Below are positions 1 through 11,162 of a stretch of 64,000 bases of DNA, piece after piece. A program made the translations under genes and the position numbers. The stretch comes from Sedimentisphaerales bacterium (GTDB taxonomy: Bacteria > Planctomycetota > Phycisphaerae > Sedimentisphaerales > SM23-30): assembly GCA_963663965.2 (NCBI GenBank), contig CAXXFK010000020.1, positions 192,001 through 256,000 of the forward strand, written 5' to 3'. Below the pieces are notes generated by a model. The model did not search any database and had not been told where the DNA came from. It saw only the letters and a program-made list of their open reading frames with translations. How positions within the stretch are numbered: the first letter of the stretch is position 1; every line of letters starts with the position of its first letter.

Positions 1-432
1 CCGGAACTCATCGCGATATTTGGTGCCGATCTGATACATGTTGATAGGCAACTGTTTATACGAATTAATTTCATTCGCGGCAATAAAGGTAAACACCTCT
101 TCCGCGGTCGGGCTCAGGACATTGTCCCGGCCGTGCCGGTCGACAAATTTGCCCAGCGTTTCGCCGTAATCGATATCCCGGCCGGTCTGCTGCCAGAGTT
201 CCGCCGGTTGAACCACCGGCACCGTCGTCTCCAGGGCGCCGGCGGCATTTATTTCCGCCCGGACAATCTCGATAATCTTATTGAGTGTCCGGTTGCCCAG
301 CGGCAGATAGAAATAAGTGCCACTGGCCACTTTACGCATCAGGCCGGCCCTGATCATCAGGCGATGGCTGGGAATTTCAGCATCCGCAGGAACTTCCTTG
401 ACTGTCGGGATAAAAAAACGGCTCCACTTCAT
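1..432 (-). CDS. proS: Proline--tRNA ligase, N-terminal part (runs off the window edge)
   Basis: Not in the ORF track. The minus strand from the ATG at 432 reads MKWSRFFIPTVKEVPADAEIPSHRLMIRAGLMRKVASGTYFYLPLG...LSPTAEEVFT...SYKQLPINMYQIGTKYRDEFR, the characteristic bacterial ProRS N-terminus up to motif 2. Confidence 0.95.
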   Translation of the reverse strand, partial: MKWSRFFIPTVKEVPADAEIPSHRLMIRAGLMRKVASGTYFYLPLGNRTLNKIIEIVRAEINAAGALETTVPVVQPAELWQQTGRDIDYGETLGKFVDRHGRDNVLSPTAEEVFTFIAANEINSYKQLPINMYQIGTKYRDEFR

Positions 433-1081
433 GAATTTTCACTCCGGTTAGAGGTTCAATTTACAATTTTTCAGACCCGCCATTATACCCCAAACATCAA
501 ACATTCCAATATGGATTATCCGGATTTGCCAGAAACCAGTAATTCTATGAAAACCGCCTAACAAGGATTGAAATGAATCTATATTGGCTATTAATTTCCA
601 AAAAACTTAGTGGACGGCCCAATCGATATCAATAAGTATTTCTCCAGAACTGCATCGCTCATATAGACATGTCTCATAAATAAATTGATACACCCAGCCA
701 ATACTGTCATGCTACCAATTTTCACTGGCCCTAACCTTCCTGGTTTAACCACAAAATAGCATTGCCATTAGCCTGTCAGTCATTGGGTTACCCAAGAATC
801 AGACACCGCCACCTAATACCATAATACATTATCATATATAGACTTAATACACAATATTTCGTGTGCGTTCTTTGAGTCAACAAAATAATAAACACTGTGT
901 TTTAAAACGAAGTCATCATTAATTACACTTATTTTCTCGAATTGATTTCATGTTTCAGCTAAGATAATGCACTCCGTCTGGAATCTGAAAGTTGACATAA
1001 GTAATGCCATTGGGGTAACAAAAAAAGAGGTTACCCACCATGATATAAAGTGCCAGGAAAAAGCTGAGCTGTGGATATATT

Positions 1082-4000
1082 ATGACGCAAAACCAGTCAC
1101 AAGCTTACAACGCGTTACAAAACCTGCGGTTACGGTTGCTGGATTTAACGGCACGAAACCAGTTGTTAAACTTTCGCCATACCAGAATGGGAAGCTTGCG
1201 GATTATCGACGAATTGCCGGATCAGTTGGCAGACACACTTCTTTCCGATACCGAAATGCGATTTTTGCCGGTACCGGAACCAACCCGGGATGAACTGGTA
1301 CAGGCGGAGTATATTAAGATTGAAGCGGACAGCGGTTTGGAAATTCGCCTGAAAAAGGATCCGACCGCGGAGGAATGGGCCAATTATCTGGGCCTTTCGA
1401 CCTCTTATGAAATGCCAGTGACCGAAACTGACACTGCCCAGGCGAAGCATACCGACAAAGCCATTCAGACCCTGCTTTACCCTTTTGAGTTGGAAGCCCG
1501 CCTCAAGAACCTGATGCAAAACTCCGAATCCGCCATCCAGGAGATGGGCGCCAATATCCTTTACCTCTCCTTTGGATTTCTGGAATGGGTCGACCAGGGC
1601 CAGGAAGATATCCGGATTGCACCTCTATTCCTGCTGCCAGTTCGTCTGCATAAAGGCCGGCTGAATCCCAAAACCAAAACTTACGAATACACCTTAAGCT
1701 ATTCCGGCGAAGATATCCTTCCCAATCTATCTTTGCGCGAAAAGCTTCGTATCGACTTTGCCCTGGCATTGCCGGATTTTGAGGAAAATATCACACCGGA
1801 AGCTTATTTTCGGGCCGTCCAGGAGCTCATCACAAAGAATCAACCGCGCTGGCAGGTGCGCCGGTATATCACCCTGTCACTGCTGAATTTCAGCAAGCTG
1901 ATGATGTACCTCGATCTGGATCCCGGCCGGTGGCCCGCCGAGAAAAACATCATTGATCATACGATTATTACCGAATTCCTCAATGGCTACCAACCAGATG
2001 ACAACACTTTGGAGGAAAACCCGGCTACCCACCACTTCGGTGAAGAATATCCCATCGACGAAATGGACGCCATTCATGATCGCTATCCACTGATAGACGA
2101 TGCCGACAGTTCGCAGCATAGCGCCCTGATCGACGCGATGGATGGCAAGAACCTGATCATTGAAGGTCCGCCCGGAACCGGAAAATCGCAAACCATTACC
2201 AACCTGATCGCAGCCGCCATGGCCAATGGCAAACGCGTGTTATTTGTCGCCGAAAAGCTCGCCGCGCTCGAGGTGGTGCGCCGCCGGCTCGATGCGGCCG
2301 GTCTGGGTGAATTCTGCCTGGAACTGCACAGCCATAAATCGCAAAAACGCAAAGTGCTGGATGAAATTGAAGTTCGGCTCAGTAAACACAGTCAGTATCG
2401 CAAGCCTGCCAGGATCAATTCAGAAATCAAACGCTGCGAAGAACTCAAGGCTCAGTTAAAACACTATGTCGAGGCCATCCATCAACCCTGGAAAGAAACC
2501 GGCCAGACCATCCATGCCATCTTCATGGCGGCCACGCGCTATCGCGAGGCCCTCGGCATCAATCCCGAAACCCTGCATCCCGCCGGTCACCATGGCGACA
2601 GTCTGAACGCGTCAACCCTTCAACAGGCCGAAGACCAGGTGGACACCTTCGCCCGGGTATTTGCCGCCGTAGTGGAACAACTGGCCGAAAACGGTACATT
2701 ACAGAACCATCCCTGGCATGGTGTTCAAAATGCCAATTTACAGGTTTATGACCTCGAACGGGTCCTGGCCTCCCTGTCGCAATGGCAAAATTCCCTGAAA
2801 TACCTTAACCAGTTCCGAACAGAACAGGCCGATACCCTCCAAACGGAACAACAAGAGATTGCCGAAACTCTGGATGGGTTTGAAAAATTTCTAAATGATC
2901 TGGATCATGTGCCCGCTCTCCAAGGTGATGAACAACTCGATTGCCTGCCGAATCTGCAGGGTGAAACACTGGATGCCGCCATCACAGGCAGACAACTCTT
3001 CGAAACAATTCAAGCCCTGTATGCATTGCTGCTGGAAAAGGTGAGCCCGGATGTACTGGGCGACTTATCGAAAGTGGAACACTATCGAACCGGTATCGAC
3101 CGGCTCAGTCAATTGACCCATCCTGAGATCGAATTAAAACATCTGTTCGAATCCCTTGAGCGTCTGAAGCAGATGCAGGGCCAAATAGCTCAATGGAAAG
3201 AACTCATCCCGGAAATCGAAAACAAGCTGGGAGCAGAAGCACGGGGATTCATTTCACTGACCACCGAAGGCCTGGAAGAATTCAAAGCGCTTGTCGATCT
3301 GCTGGGCGAACTGAAAATTTCTCACCTGAAGCTGCGTGATCCATTGTTCGATAACGAGGAACTGGATGAGATTCTGCCGGAGATGGACAAGGCCTTGAAA
3401 CGGCTGGCCACTTTACGGGACGATTTACAGCCGTATTACCGGCTGGACCTGCTGGGTAGCAGCGATGAACTGGTTCGTCTGAAAGCCACCCTGGATGCCG
3501 GTGGTATTTTCCGCTGGTTGAAAGGCAGCTGGCGCGGCGCCCGCCAGCAATTGCTGGACCTGGCTGCGGGCCCACGAGTGAAATTTTCGGCCATGCGCTC
3601 ATTAATCTCCAAAGCCGTGGACTATCTGGACCGCAAACAAAAGATCGAATCAAATCGCCGTTATGCCGGGTTGTTGGCCGACCATTTCAAAGGCATGAAA
3701 ACCGATATAGATACCCTGAACAGCTTGCGTGACTGGTATAAAAAGGTACGCCGGCACTACGGCATAGGATTCGGCAAAAAAGTCGCATTGGGAACGGCCC
3801 TGATCAATCTGCCGCTGGAACCCGCCCGCAATATTCGAGCGCTGTCTGAACAGGAAGTCCCGCTCAAAATTGGTAATTTCTTACGCGACCTGACCGGGTT
3901 GAAGTCAACCTTTAAACCTTATCCGGCCCTGCAAAATGATTCATTACCCCTGACTGGCGAAAATGGCATCATTGCCGGCCTGTCTGCGGCTCTTCAGGAG

Positions 4001-6526
4001 GCACTCGGGCTTTGTCAGCCACTATTGTCAGACAATTCCCTGACTATCGCACAACTGGCCGAACGGATCGAATCATTAGGTCAGTTGCACGACGCCGTGC
4101 GCGAATGGGAGAAACTGGATTACGACAACCGATTTTTCCAAGGCAGACTGGGATTAAAAACCGGAATTCATGCAGATAACCAGGCGGCCCTGTCGGCCCT
4201 GGATCACACGCTGACGCTGGCAACAATTATAGAACGTGACATAACCAGCGGCTGTATCCGAAACTTTCTTTACCAACATCCAGTCGTTCAGAGCTTCGAT
4301 ATATTAAAAACCATGGCATCTCAACTGCGAACCGCCCTGTCTGAACAGACTGCCGGCCGGGACCAGTTCACCCAGTTGATGGATCTGGACCTTGCGGCCT
4401 GGATGGTTCATTCCAGTGACCATCTGGATAAACTGATCGCCAGAAACGACCACGCGCTTCGTCACGATAAATACTTAAGCAACTGGCTCGACTACCTTCG
4501 GGTGCGCGCCGCAATCGTCGCCGCCGGCTTGGAAAACCTGGCCGCCATGCTCGAACGTGGCGAACTGAACCTGACCCGGATTCAAGAGGCCCACCGAGCC
4601 GGTTATTACGACTTGCTGGCCAGAGAGATCCTGTTAAGTCAGCCGGAACTGGCCGGTTTTTCCGGACAGTCCCACGAAGCGATCCAGGCCCAGTTCTGTA
4701 AATGCGATAATCGTCTCAAAACGCTCCAGTGTGAGCGTATCGCCTGGCAGATCGATCAGGTCGAAATTCCCGAAGGGGTGCGCGGCGCGCGTGTGAGTGA
4801 ACATACCGACAGATATCTTCTGGAACATGAATGCAGCAAGAAAACCCGGCATATCCCGATCCGGCAACTACTGAAACGGGCCGGCAATGCGCTGGTCGCC
4901 CTCAAACCCTGTTTTATGATGGGCCCCATGTCCGTCGCCCAGTATCTGGAGCCGGGCAAAAACCGGTTTGACCTGGTCATCATGGATGAGGCCTCACAAA
5001 TTAAACCCCAGGATGCGCTCGGGGCCATCGCGCGCGGTTCGCAGCTGGTGGTCGTGGGCGATCCCAAACAGCTGCCGCCCACCAACTTTTTCGACCGGAT
5101 CCTTGTGGATGATATCGAAGATCCCAGCGCGCTGGAAGAATCGGAGAGCATCCTGGACGCCACCTGGCCCATGTTCCCGGCCAGAAGGCGGCTACGCTGG
5201 CACTACCGGTCTCGCCACGAACAGTTAATCGCGTTTTCCAATTATTCGTTCTACGGCGGCGACCTGGTCCTCTTTCCGTCGCCCTTTCAATCCGCGGAAA
5301 ACTACGGCGTGCAATATACCCGGCTGCTCCGTGGCTGCTTTGTCAACCGGCGTAATCTGGAAGAAGCCAAAACCATCGCCCAGACCGTTCGGGAGCACAT
5401 CACCCAGAATCCGGATTTGTCACTGGGCGTGGTGGCCATGAGCGCCGAACAGCGGTTGCTGATCGAACGCACCATCGAAACCCTGGCCAAAGAAGATGAG
5501 ATCTTCCGGGACACGCTCGAGCAGGATGCCCTTAAATTAGAGCCCCTGTTTATCAAGAACCTTGAAAACGTCCAGGGTGATGAACGGGATGTGATCTTTA
5601 TTTCCATGACCTACGGGCCCAAAGAGCCCGGCGGCAAAGTCTATCAACGGTTTGGCCCGATCAATACCGACGTTGGCTGGCGTCGCTTGAATGTACTCTT
5701 CACGCGTTCCCGCCAGCGCATGCACATTTTCAGTTCCATGGACTCCCAAGATATCATCGCTGACAGGACCGCCAAACGGGGTGTCAAGGCGTTACGCGAT
5801 TTTCTCAGTTACTGCGAAACGGGCGTCCTGCACCGTACTGAAACAGAATCGCAGCGTGCCCCGGACAGCGATTTTGAAATCGCGGTGATGGCCGCTCTTA
5901 ACGAAGAGGGATTCGCATGTGTCCCCCAGGTGGGAGTAGCCGGTTTCTATATCGATGTCGCCGTGGTCGATCCCGGCAATCCCGGCCGATACCTGATGGG
6001 CATCGAATGCGACGGCGCTTCTTATCATTCGGCTAAATCCGTACGGGATCGTGACCGGCTCAAACAGATGGTACTGGAAAGACTGGGCTGGCGTATCCAC
6101 CGCATCTGGTCGACCGACTGGTTCAAAAATCCCCAGGCCCAACTGCAACCTCTGATTCGCGAACTGAATAAACTGAAATCCCAACCGGTCATCAGTGAGC
6201 CGGAAGCAGAAGCACCCCAGACAACCCAGCCGAGGATAGGCGACCATATATTTACGGCAACCGATCTGGAATCGATGCTCATCGAGTTTGACAACGAGGT
6301 AATTCGTAAAGCCCGGCCCGAGACCCCCCAGTATCAACGGCTGTTGCGGCCGGCCATGCTTGAGGCGTTTATGGAATACCGGCCCAGTACCCAGTCGGAA
6401 TACCTCGAAACCATGCCGCAATATCTCAGGCAGGCGACCGATACCGGCGAATTGGCATTCCTGGAAAAAGTACTGGAAATTATCAATATCAATATCGAAA
6501 ACACCCAGTCCGAAAAATCAGCCTGA
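1082..6526 (+). CDS. DUF4011 + SF1 (Dna2/Nam7-like) helicase + Vsr/DUF559-like endonuclease; Hhe-like anti-phage defence protein
   Basis: N-terminal LLDLTARNQLLNF (DUF4011), Walker A GPPGTGKSQT, DEASQ, GDPKQLPPT, HYRSRHE, ENVQGDERD and RRLNVLFTRSR helicase motifs, then SDFE...FYIDVAV...GIECDGASYH...RDRDR...LERLGW..HRIWSTDW nuclease motifs. Confidence 0.88.
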   Translation: MTQNQSQAYNALQNLRLRLLDLTARNQLLNFRHTRMGSLRIIDELPDQLADTLLSDTEMRFLPVPEPTRDELVQAEYIKIEADSGLEIRLKKDPTAEEWANYLGLSTSYEMPVTETDTAQAKHTDKAIQTLLYPFELEARLKNLMQNSESAIQEMGANILYLSFGFLEWVDQGQEDIRIAPLFLLPVRLHKGRLNPKTKTYEYTLSYSGEDILPNLSLREKLRIDFALALPDFEENITPEAYFRAVQELITKNQPRWQVRRYITLSLLNFSKLMMYLDLDPGRWPAEKNIIDHTIITEFLNGYQPDDNTLEENPATHHFGEEYPIDEMDAIHDRYPLIDDADSSQHSALIDAMDGKNLIIEGPPGTGKSQTITNLIAAAMANGKRVLFVAEKLAALEVVRRRLDAAGLGEFCLELHSHKSQKRKVLDEIEVRLSKHSQYRKPARINSEIKRCEELKAQLKHYVEAIHQPWKETGQTIHAIFMAATRYREALGINPETLHPAGHHGDSLNASTLQQAEDQVDTFARVFAAVVEQLAENGTLQNHPWHGVQNANLQVYDLERVLASLSQWQNSLKYLNQFRTEQADTLQTEQQEIAETLDGFEKFLNDLDHVPALQGDEQLDCLPNLQGETLDAAITGRQLFETIQALYALLLEKVSPDVLGDLSKVEHYRTGIDRLSQLTHPEIELKHLFESLERLKQMQGQIAQWKELIPEIENKLGAEARGFISLTTEGLEEFKALVDLLGELKISHLKLRDPLFDNEELDEILPEMDKALKRLATLRDDLQPYYRLDLLGSSDELVRLKATLDAGGIFRWLKGSWRGARQQLLDLAAGPRVKFSAMRSLISKAVDYLDRKQKIESNRRYAGLLADHFKGMKTDIDTLNSLRDWYKKVRRHYGIGFGKKVALGTALINLPLEPARNIRALSEQEVPLKIGNFLRDLTGLKSTFKPYPALQNDSLPLTGENGIIAGLSAALQEALGLCQPLLSDNSLTIAQLAERIESLGQLHDAVREWEKLDYDNRFFQGRLGLKTGIHADNQAALSALDHTLTLATIIERDITSGCIRNFLYQHPVVQSFDILKTMASQLRTALSEQTAGRDQFTQLMDLDLAAWMVHSSDHLDKLIARNDHALRHDKYLSNWLDYLRVRAAIVAAGLENLAAMLERGELNLTRIQEAHRAGYYDLLAREILLSQPELAGFSGQSHEAIQAQFCKCDNRLKTLQCERIAWQIDQVEIPEGVRGARVSEHTDRYLLEHECSKKTRHIPIRQLLKRAGNALVALKPCFMMGPMSVAQYLEPGKNRFDLVIMDEASQIKPQDALGAIARGSQLVVVGDPKQLPPTNFFDRILVDDIEDPSALEESESILDATWPMFPARRRLRWHYRSRHEQLIAFSNYSFYGGDLVLFPSPFQSAENYGVQYTRLLRGCFVNRRNLEEAKTIAQTVREHITQNPDLSLGVVAMSAEQRLLIERTIETLAKEDEIFRDTLEQDALKLEPLFIKNLENVQGDERDVIFISMTYGPKEPGGKVYQRFGPINTDVGWRRLNVLFTRSRQRMHIFSSMDSQDIIADRTAKRGVKALRDFLSYCETGVLHRTETESQRAPDSDFEIAVMAALNEEGFACVPQVGVAGFYIDVAVVDPGNPGRYLMGIECDGASYHSAKSVRDRDRLKQMVLERLGWRIHRIWSTDWFKNPQAQLQPLIRELNKLKSQPVISEPEAEAPQTTQPRIGDHIFTATDLESMLIEFDNEVIRKARPETPQYQRLLRPAMLEAFMEYRPSTQSEYLETMPQYLRQATDTGELAFLEKVLEIININIENTQSEKSA

Positions 6527-6789
6527 GTACTTCAATATTACCGACCAGATTAAATCTTGCTGATTATGCCGGCGATCTGATTGGAATAAAAAGCAGTATG
6601 AGTAGTTAATCTGTATAGGAAAATTGATGAGATGGGAAACCATCCTGTTTAATGGGCATACCTGGAGGGCAATTAAGCATTGATGTGCTTTGTGGTGTTA
6701 CGAAAGTTTTAATGACTTATTGTATACCCGTCAAAGCGTTAACAGGAACGGGCGCGAAGCGCCGGCATTTGATTTAATGAGGTCAAGCC

Positions 6790-9162
6790 ATGAAAAAGCA
6801 GAAGATGTATTGGCTCATTGGACTATTGATGAGTATGGCAACTGTGGAGAACTGGTCCGCCGGCCAGGCATGGGCCATCGGGGAGGATGTGGATGCAGAA
6901 CTGGCCGCCCCATTCCAGGTCCAGTATTTTGACCTGAGCCAGGTCCGGCTGCTGGACGGTCCATTTCAGCGCGCCATGGAGCATAACAGCGAATGGCTCC
7001 TGTCGCTGGAACCGGATCGGTTTCTGGCCTGGTTTCGCAAAGAGGCCGGTCTGGAACCCAAAGGCGAAGTTTACGGCGGTTGGGAAAGCCAATCCGTCGC
7101 GGGTCACAGCCTGGGCCACTATATGTCAGCCTGTGCGATGATGTACGCGGCGACGGGCGAACCGGAATACAAAAAACGGACAGACTATATTGTCGATGAA
7201 CTGGCGCTGGTTCAGGAAACGAATGGTGATGGCTATATGTCGGCGTTTCCCAACGGTCGCCAGGCCATGGCCGAAGTGAAACGGGGCGAGATCCGTTCGG
7301 CCGGCTTCGACCTGAACGGTATCTGGGTGCCGTGGTACACCCAGCACAAACTTATGGCCGGCCTCAGCGATATCTACCGATATACCCAAAATCCCAAAGC
7401 GCTGGCCGTCTGGAAGCAGCACGCCGACTGGATCGAATCCATTGTGGGCGGCCTGACCGAAGAACAATGGCAGAAAATGCTGGACTGCGAACATGGCGGT
7501 ATGAATGAATCATTCGCCGAACTCTATTCCGTAACCGGCGATGAGCGTTATCTGACCCTGGCGCAGAAATTTTACCATAAACGGATCCTGGAACCGCTCA
7601 GTCGGCGCGAGAATTCCCTGATCGGCGTCCATGCCAATACCCAGGTGCCCAAGGCCATCGGCGCGGCCCGGATCTACGAAGTAACCGGACTGGAAAAATT
7701 TCATACCATCGCCAATTACTTCTGGGATACCGTCGTTCATCATTTTACCTACGCCAACGGTGGCAACAGCGCCGGAGAATATTTCGGCCGGCCCGATATC
7801 CTGGGTGAGCGAATGAACGATACCACTGAAACCTGCAACACCTACAACATGCTAAAACTGACCCGGCATCTGTATTCCTGGGATCCCCAGGCATCCTATA
7901 TGGATTACTACGAATGCGCCCTGCTCAATCACATTCTAACCCATCAACACCCGGACCGGGGCGGAGCGCTGGTCTATAAAGGATTCCTGGATATGCCGGC
8001 CCGTAAGGGCTACAGCCACCCCACCGAATCGTTCTGGTGCTGTGTCGGAACCGGCATGGAAAACCATACCAAGTATGCCAATACGATTTTCGCCTATGCC
8101 CCCGAGACCTTGTATGTCAACTTGTTTATCAGCGCGGAACTGAACTGGTCGGCGCGAGGGATAACCGTACGCCAGAAAACGGAATTACCCACTGGCGAAA
8201 AGACCACCCTGACCTTCCGGTGTGAAAAGCCAACCCGGTTGACACTGAAAGTACGCCAGCCGGCCTGGGCTAAAACCATGACCCTGGCCGTCAAAAGCCA
8301 GCCCCAGGATATCATGATAAATACGGAAGGCTATCTGACCCTGACCCGCACTTTTAAAGACGGCGACATCGTCACCCTGACTACCCCATTAGAATTGCAT
8401 GTTGCCACCCTGCCCGACCGGCCGGACCGGACCGCGTTTTTATACGGCCCCACCCTGCTGGCGACTGTTTTAAAAGATGGTCAGAAACCGCCAAGCCTGG
8501 TCAGCGAAAAGGCGGGCTCGATCCTTGCGGCGTTGAAACCTGCTGGCCCGCTCCGGTTCACCTCCGAGACCCTGGCCTATCAGGTTGAACAGGGCCGGGT
8601 AAAACCCTGTTCACTGGAGATGATCCCGCTCTATCAGATCGCCGACCAGCCTTACACGGTCTATATGGATGTATTCACCCCTCAACAGTGGGAACAGGAA
8701 AAGGAAAAATACGCCGCCGAACAGGAACGGCTCAAAATACTCGAAGCCGCCAGCACGGACATCCTCTACCTGGGCCAGATGCAGCCCGAACGCGATCATA
8801 ACCTGACCAGCGAACAGTCCGGCGCCGGCCAGTTCATGGGTCGCAAATGGCGCGACAGCTATGAGGGCTGGTTTGAATTCGATATGAAGGTCGATCCGGA
8901 CAAGGCAATGGACCTGATCTGTACCTATTGGGGCTCCGATGGCGGTCAGCGCCGGTTCGATATCATGGTCGACGGCACAAAAATCGCCACCCAGATCTTG
9001 AATAATAACAAACCCGGCGAGTTTTTCGATGTCACCTACGCCCTGCCCGAAAAACTGACCAGAGGCAAAACCAAAGTCAGGGTCCGCGCCCAGGCGCTCC
9101 CAGGCAATATCGCCGGCGGTATGTTCGAAGCCCGAACCATACGACGGGGAATGATCGAATAA
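6790..9162 (+). CDS. Secreted GH127/GH146-like beta-L-arabinofuranosidase with C-terminal DUF6805-like domain
   Basis: Signal peptide; YGGWE..GHSLGHY, EHGGMNE, HANTQVPK, ETCNTYNMLKL and FWCCVGTGMEN motifs; C-terminal GRKWRD..GWFEF..YWGSD..R.FDI domain. Confidence 0.9.
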   Translation: MKKQKMYWLIGLLMSMATVENWSAGQAWAIGEDVDAELAAPFQVQYFDLSQVRLLDGPFQRAMEHNSEWLLSLEPDRFLAWFRKEAGLEPKGEVYGGWESQSVAGHSLGHYMSACAMMYAATGEPEYKKRTDYIVDELALVQETNGDGYMSAFPNGRQAMAEVKRGEIRSAGFDLNGIWVPWYTQHKLMAGLSDIYRYTQNPKALAVWKQHADWIESIVGGLTEEQWQKMLDCEHGGMNESFAELYSVTGDERYLTLAQKFYHKRILEPLSRRENSLIGVHANTQVPKAIGAARIYEVTGLEKFHTIANYFWDTVVHHFTYANGGNSAGEYFGRPDILGERMNDTTETCNTYNMLKLTRHLYSWDPQASYMDYYECALLNHILTHQHPDRGGALVYKGFLDMPARKGYSHPTESFWCCVGTGMENHTKYANTIFAYAPETLYVNLFISAELNWSARGITVRQKTELPTGEKTTLTFRCEKPTRLTLKVRQPAWAKTMTLAVKSQPQDIMINTEGYLTLTRTFKDGDIVTLTTPLELHVATLPDRPDRTAFLYGPTLLATVLKDGQKPPSLVSEKAGSILAALKPAGPLRFTSETLAYQVEQGRVKPCSLEMIPLYQIADQPYTVYMDVFTPQQWEQEKEKYAAEQERLKILEAASTDILYLGQMQPERDHNLTSEQSGAGQFMGRKWRDSYEGWFEFDMKVDPDKAMDLICTYWGSDGGQRRFDIMVDGTKIATQILNNNKPGEFFDVTYALPEKLTRGKTKVRVRAQALPGNIAGGMFEARTIRRGMIE

Positions 9163-9199
9163 AAAGTAGATTAGTTTTAATTTGAATTACCAATGTAAG

Positions 9200-9223
9200 T
9201 AAGACTATCAACCGCTAGTCTTA
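9200..9223. terminator. Hairpin between convergent genes (possible bidirectional terminator)
   Basis: TAAGACTA-tcaaccgc-TAGTCTTA, a perfect 8-bp stem between the GH127 stop (9162) and the Sel1 gene stop (9288). Confidence 0.35.
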
Positions 9224-9287
9224 TAATTAAATAGCCATTTGAACAATAATATCTGGGCACATTTTTCGCCTTAGATTAATAGTAATA

Positions 9288-11162
9288 TCAATAGGCCTGA
9301 ATAATCTTATTGATTCGAACCATTTGATTGTCTCGATTTGATTTCAAACTCATTGCGCCAACTCTTAATTCTATTTTTTGCTTCCTGAATCTCTTCTTCT
9401 GACATTTTCTGTGATAATTTTTTTCAAATTTCAACGCTTTTTCAAATTTTTGTTCTGATATCATAAGCCATTTGTAAGCTTCAATTATATCTTCTGCAAC
9501 ACCATCCCCGAAAAAATACATTGCTGCTAAATAATATTGTGATTCTTTATATCCTTGTTCCGCTGACAATGTAAACCATTTTGCTGCTTTTTGAAAATCT
9601 TGATCAACACCTGAACCATCTAAATATGCGATCCCTAAATTAAATTGCGCTTCAACATTTCCTTGTTCTGCCGCTTTTTGGTTCCAAAAAAATGATTTGT
9701 TTAAATCCAGGGCAACACCATTGCCTGTTTCATACAAGTTTGCCAGTTTAATTTGTGCATCAACTAATCCCTGTTCCGCGGCTTTTAAATACCATTTCGC
9801 GGCGATTGTATAATCCTGATGCACACTTTCACCAGACTCATATAAGAGCCCCAATGCCAATTGCGAATTTTTTTCTCCCTTTTCAGCCGCAAGTCGAAAA
9901 TAGTCTAATCCCTTACTCTGATCCCTTTCTATACCTTCGCCATTAAAATAGATTGCGCCCAGATTATGACTAGCAATATAATTTCCATTTTTTACTGACA
10001 ACTCATACCATTTGATTGCTTCAGTAATATCCCGGTTAATACCTTTACCATTATGATAATAATTACCCAAGTAAAATTGGGCGTCAGGCTCGTTCTGTAA
10101 AGCCGCCTTGTAAAACCAGTCAAACGCTTCTTGGTAACTTTTTATTCCACCAAGCCCTTTATCGCACATGACTCCTATCATGATTTGCGAGTTGACAAAT
10201 CCCTGTTTCGCTGCACACAAAAACCACTTTTTAGCTTCTAAAAAATCTTGATTCACACTATCGCCATCATAATATAAACTACCTATGTAATATTGAGCTT
10301 CAGGATGGCCTTGTTCCGCTGCTCGCAGAATCCAATTATAGGCCTCTATACTATCCTGTGCAATGCCATCTCCTTCACTATATATTCTTCCTAATAAAAA
10401 TTGTGCATCTTTAAGGCCATTTTCTGCGGCTAATTGGATCCACTTTATTGCTTCATTCTTATTTATTTCAGTGCCTGTTCCATTATAATAATATGTGCCA
10501 ACAAGTAATTGAGCTTGGGTATTACCGAGACATGCTGGTAATGTTAACCATTTTAGTGCTTCCTTGTAATCCTGTTTAACATGTTTTCCATTGTTATAAT
10601 AGAGCCCTAGAATGTACATAGCATCAGGGTGATTATTTAATGCAGCTTTGTAGAATAGGTCATATGCTGCCTGGTAATCTTGCTCCATATCACAACCATT
10701 ATCGTAAAATAAACCCAATATAAATTGTGCTTCAGCATTTTCTTGTTCTGCCGCCTTTTTGAGCCACTTCGTAGCTTTGTGATAATCTTGTTGTGTTCCT
10801 TCGCCCTTGTAATACATAGACCCCAAACGGTACTGTGCTTGCGGATGGCCCTGGTCGGCCGCTTTTTCAAGCCATTTTATGGCTAATTCATAATTCTGTT
10901 TTACACCTATTCCACAATCATATGCTTTACCTAAATTAAATTGAGCCTCCGCATGATTATTCAGGGCCGCTCTTTCAAGCCATTCAATTGCCAGAGCATA
11001 ATTTTGAATAACGTCATTACCATTTGCGTATTTTATACCTAATACATATTGCGATTCTGGATCACCAGATTTTGCTTTTTCTTGGATTTGATTAAATTCT
11101 TTTTGACGATCTTCCTCGACGCAATTTTGACCAATGATTTGTTTCAAGATATTAAGTACGAT
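9288..11162 (-). pseudogene. Sel1-repeat (SLR/TPR) protein, 3' part, separated from its N-terminus by an IS
   Basis: About 15 tandem ~36-aa A..G...AQ..LG..Y..G.G...D...A..W...AA repeats; markedly low GC; the 5' end abuts the IS target duplication. Confidence 0.9.

Noticed and set aside
133..561. 142-aa plus-strand ORF
   Set aside because: Antisense shadow of proS, which has clear motifs on the minus strand.
9450..11080. Periodic ~108-bp pattern as a CRISPR or DNA tandem repeat
   Set aside because: Degenerate protein-level Sel1 repeats; no identical direct repeats with spacers and no cas genes seen in the window.
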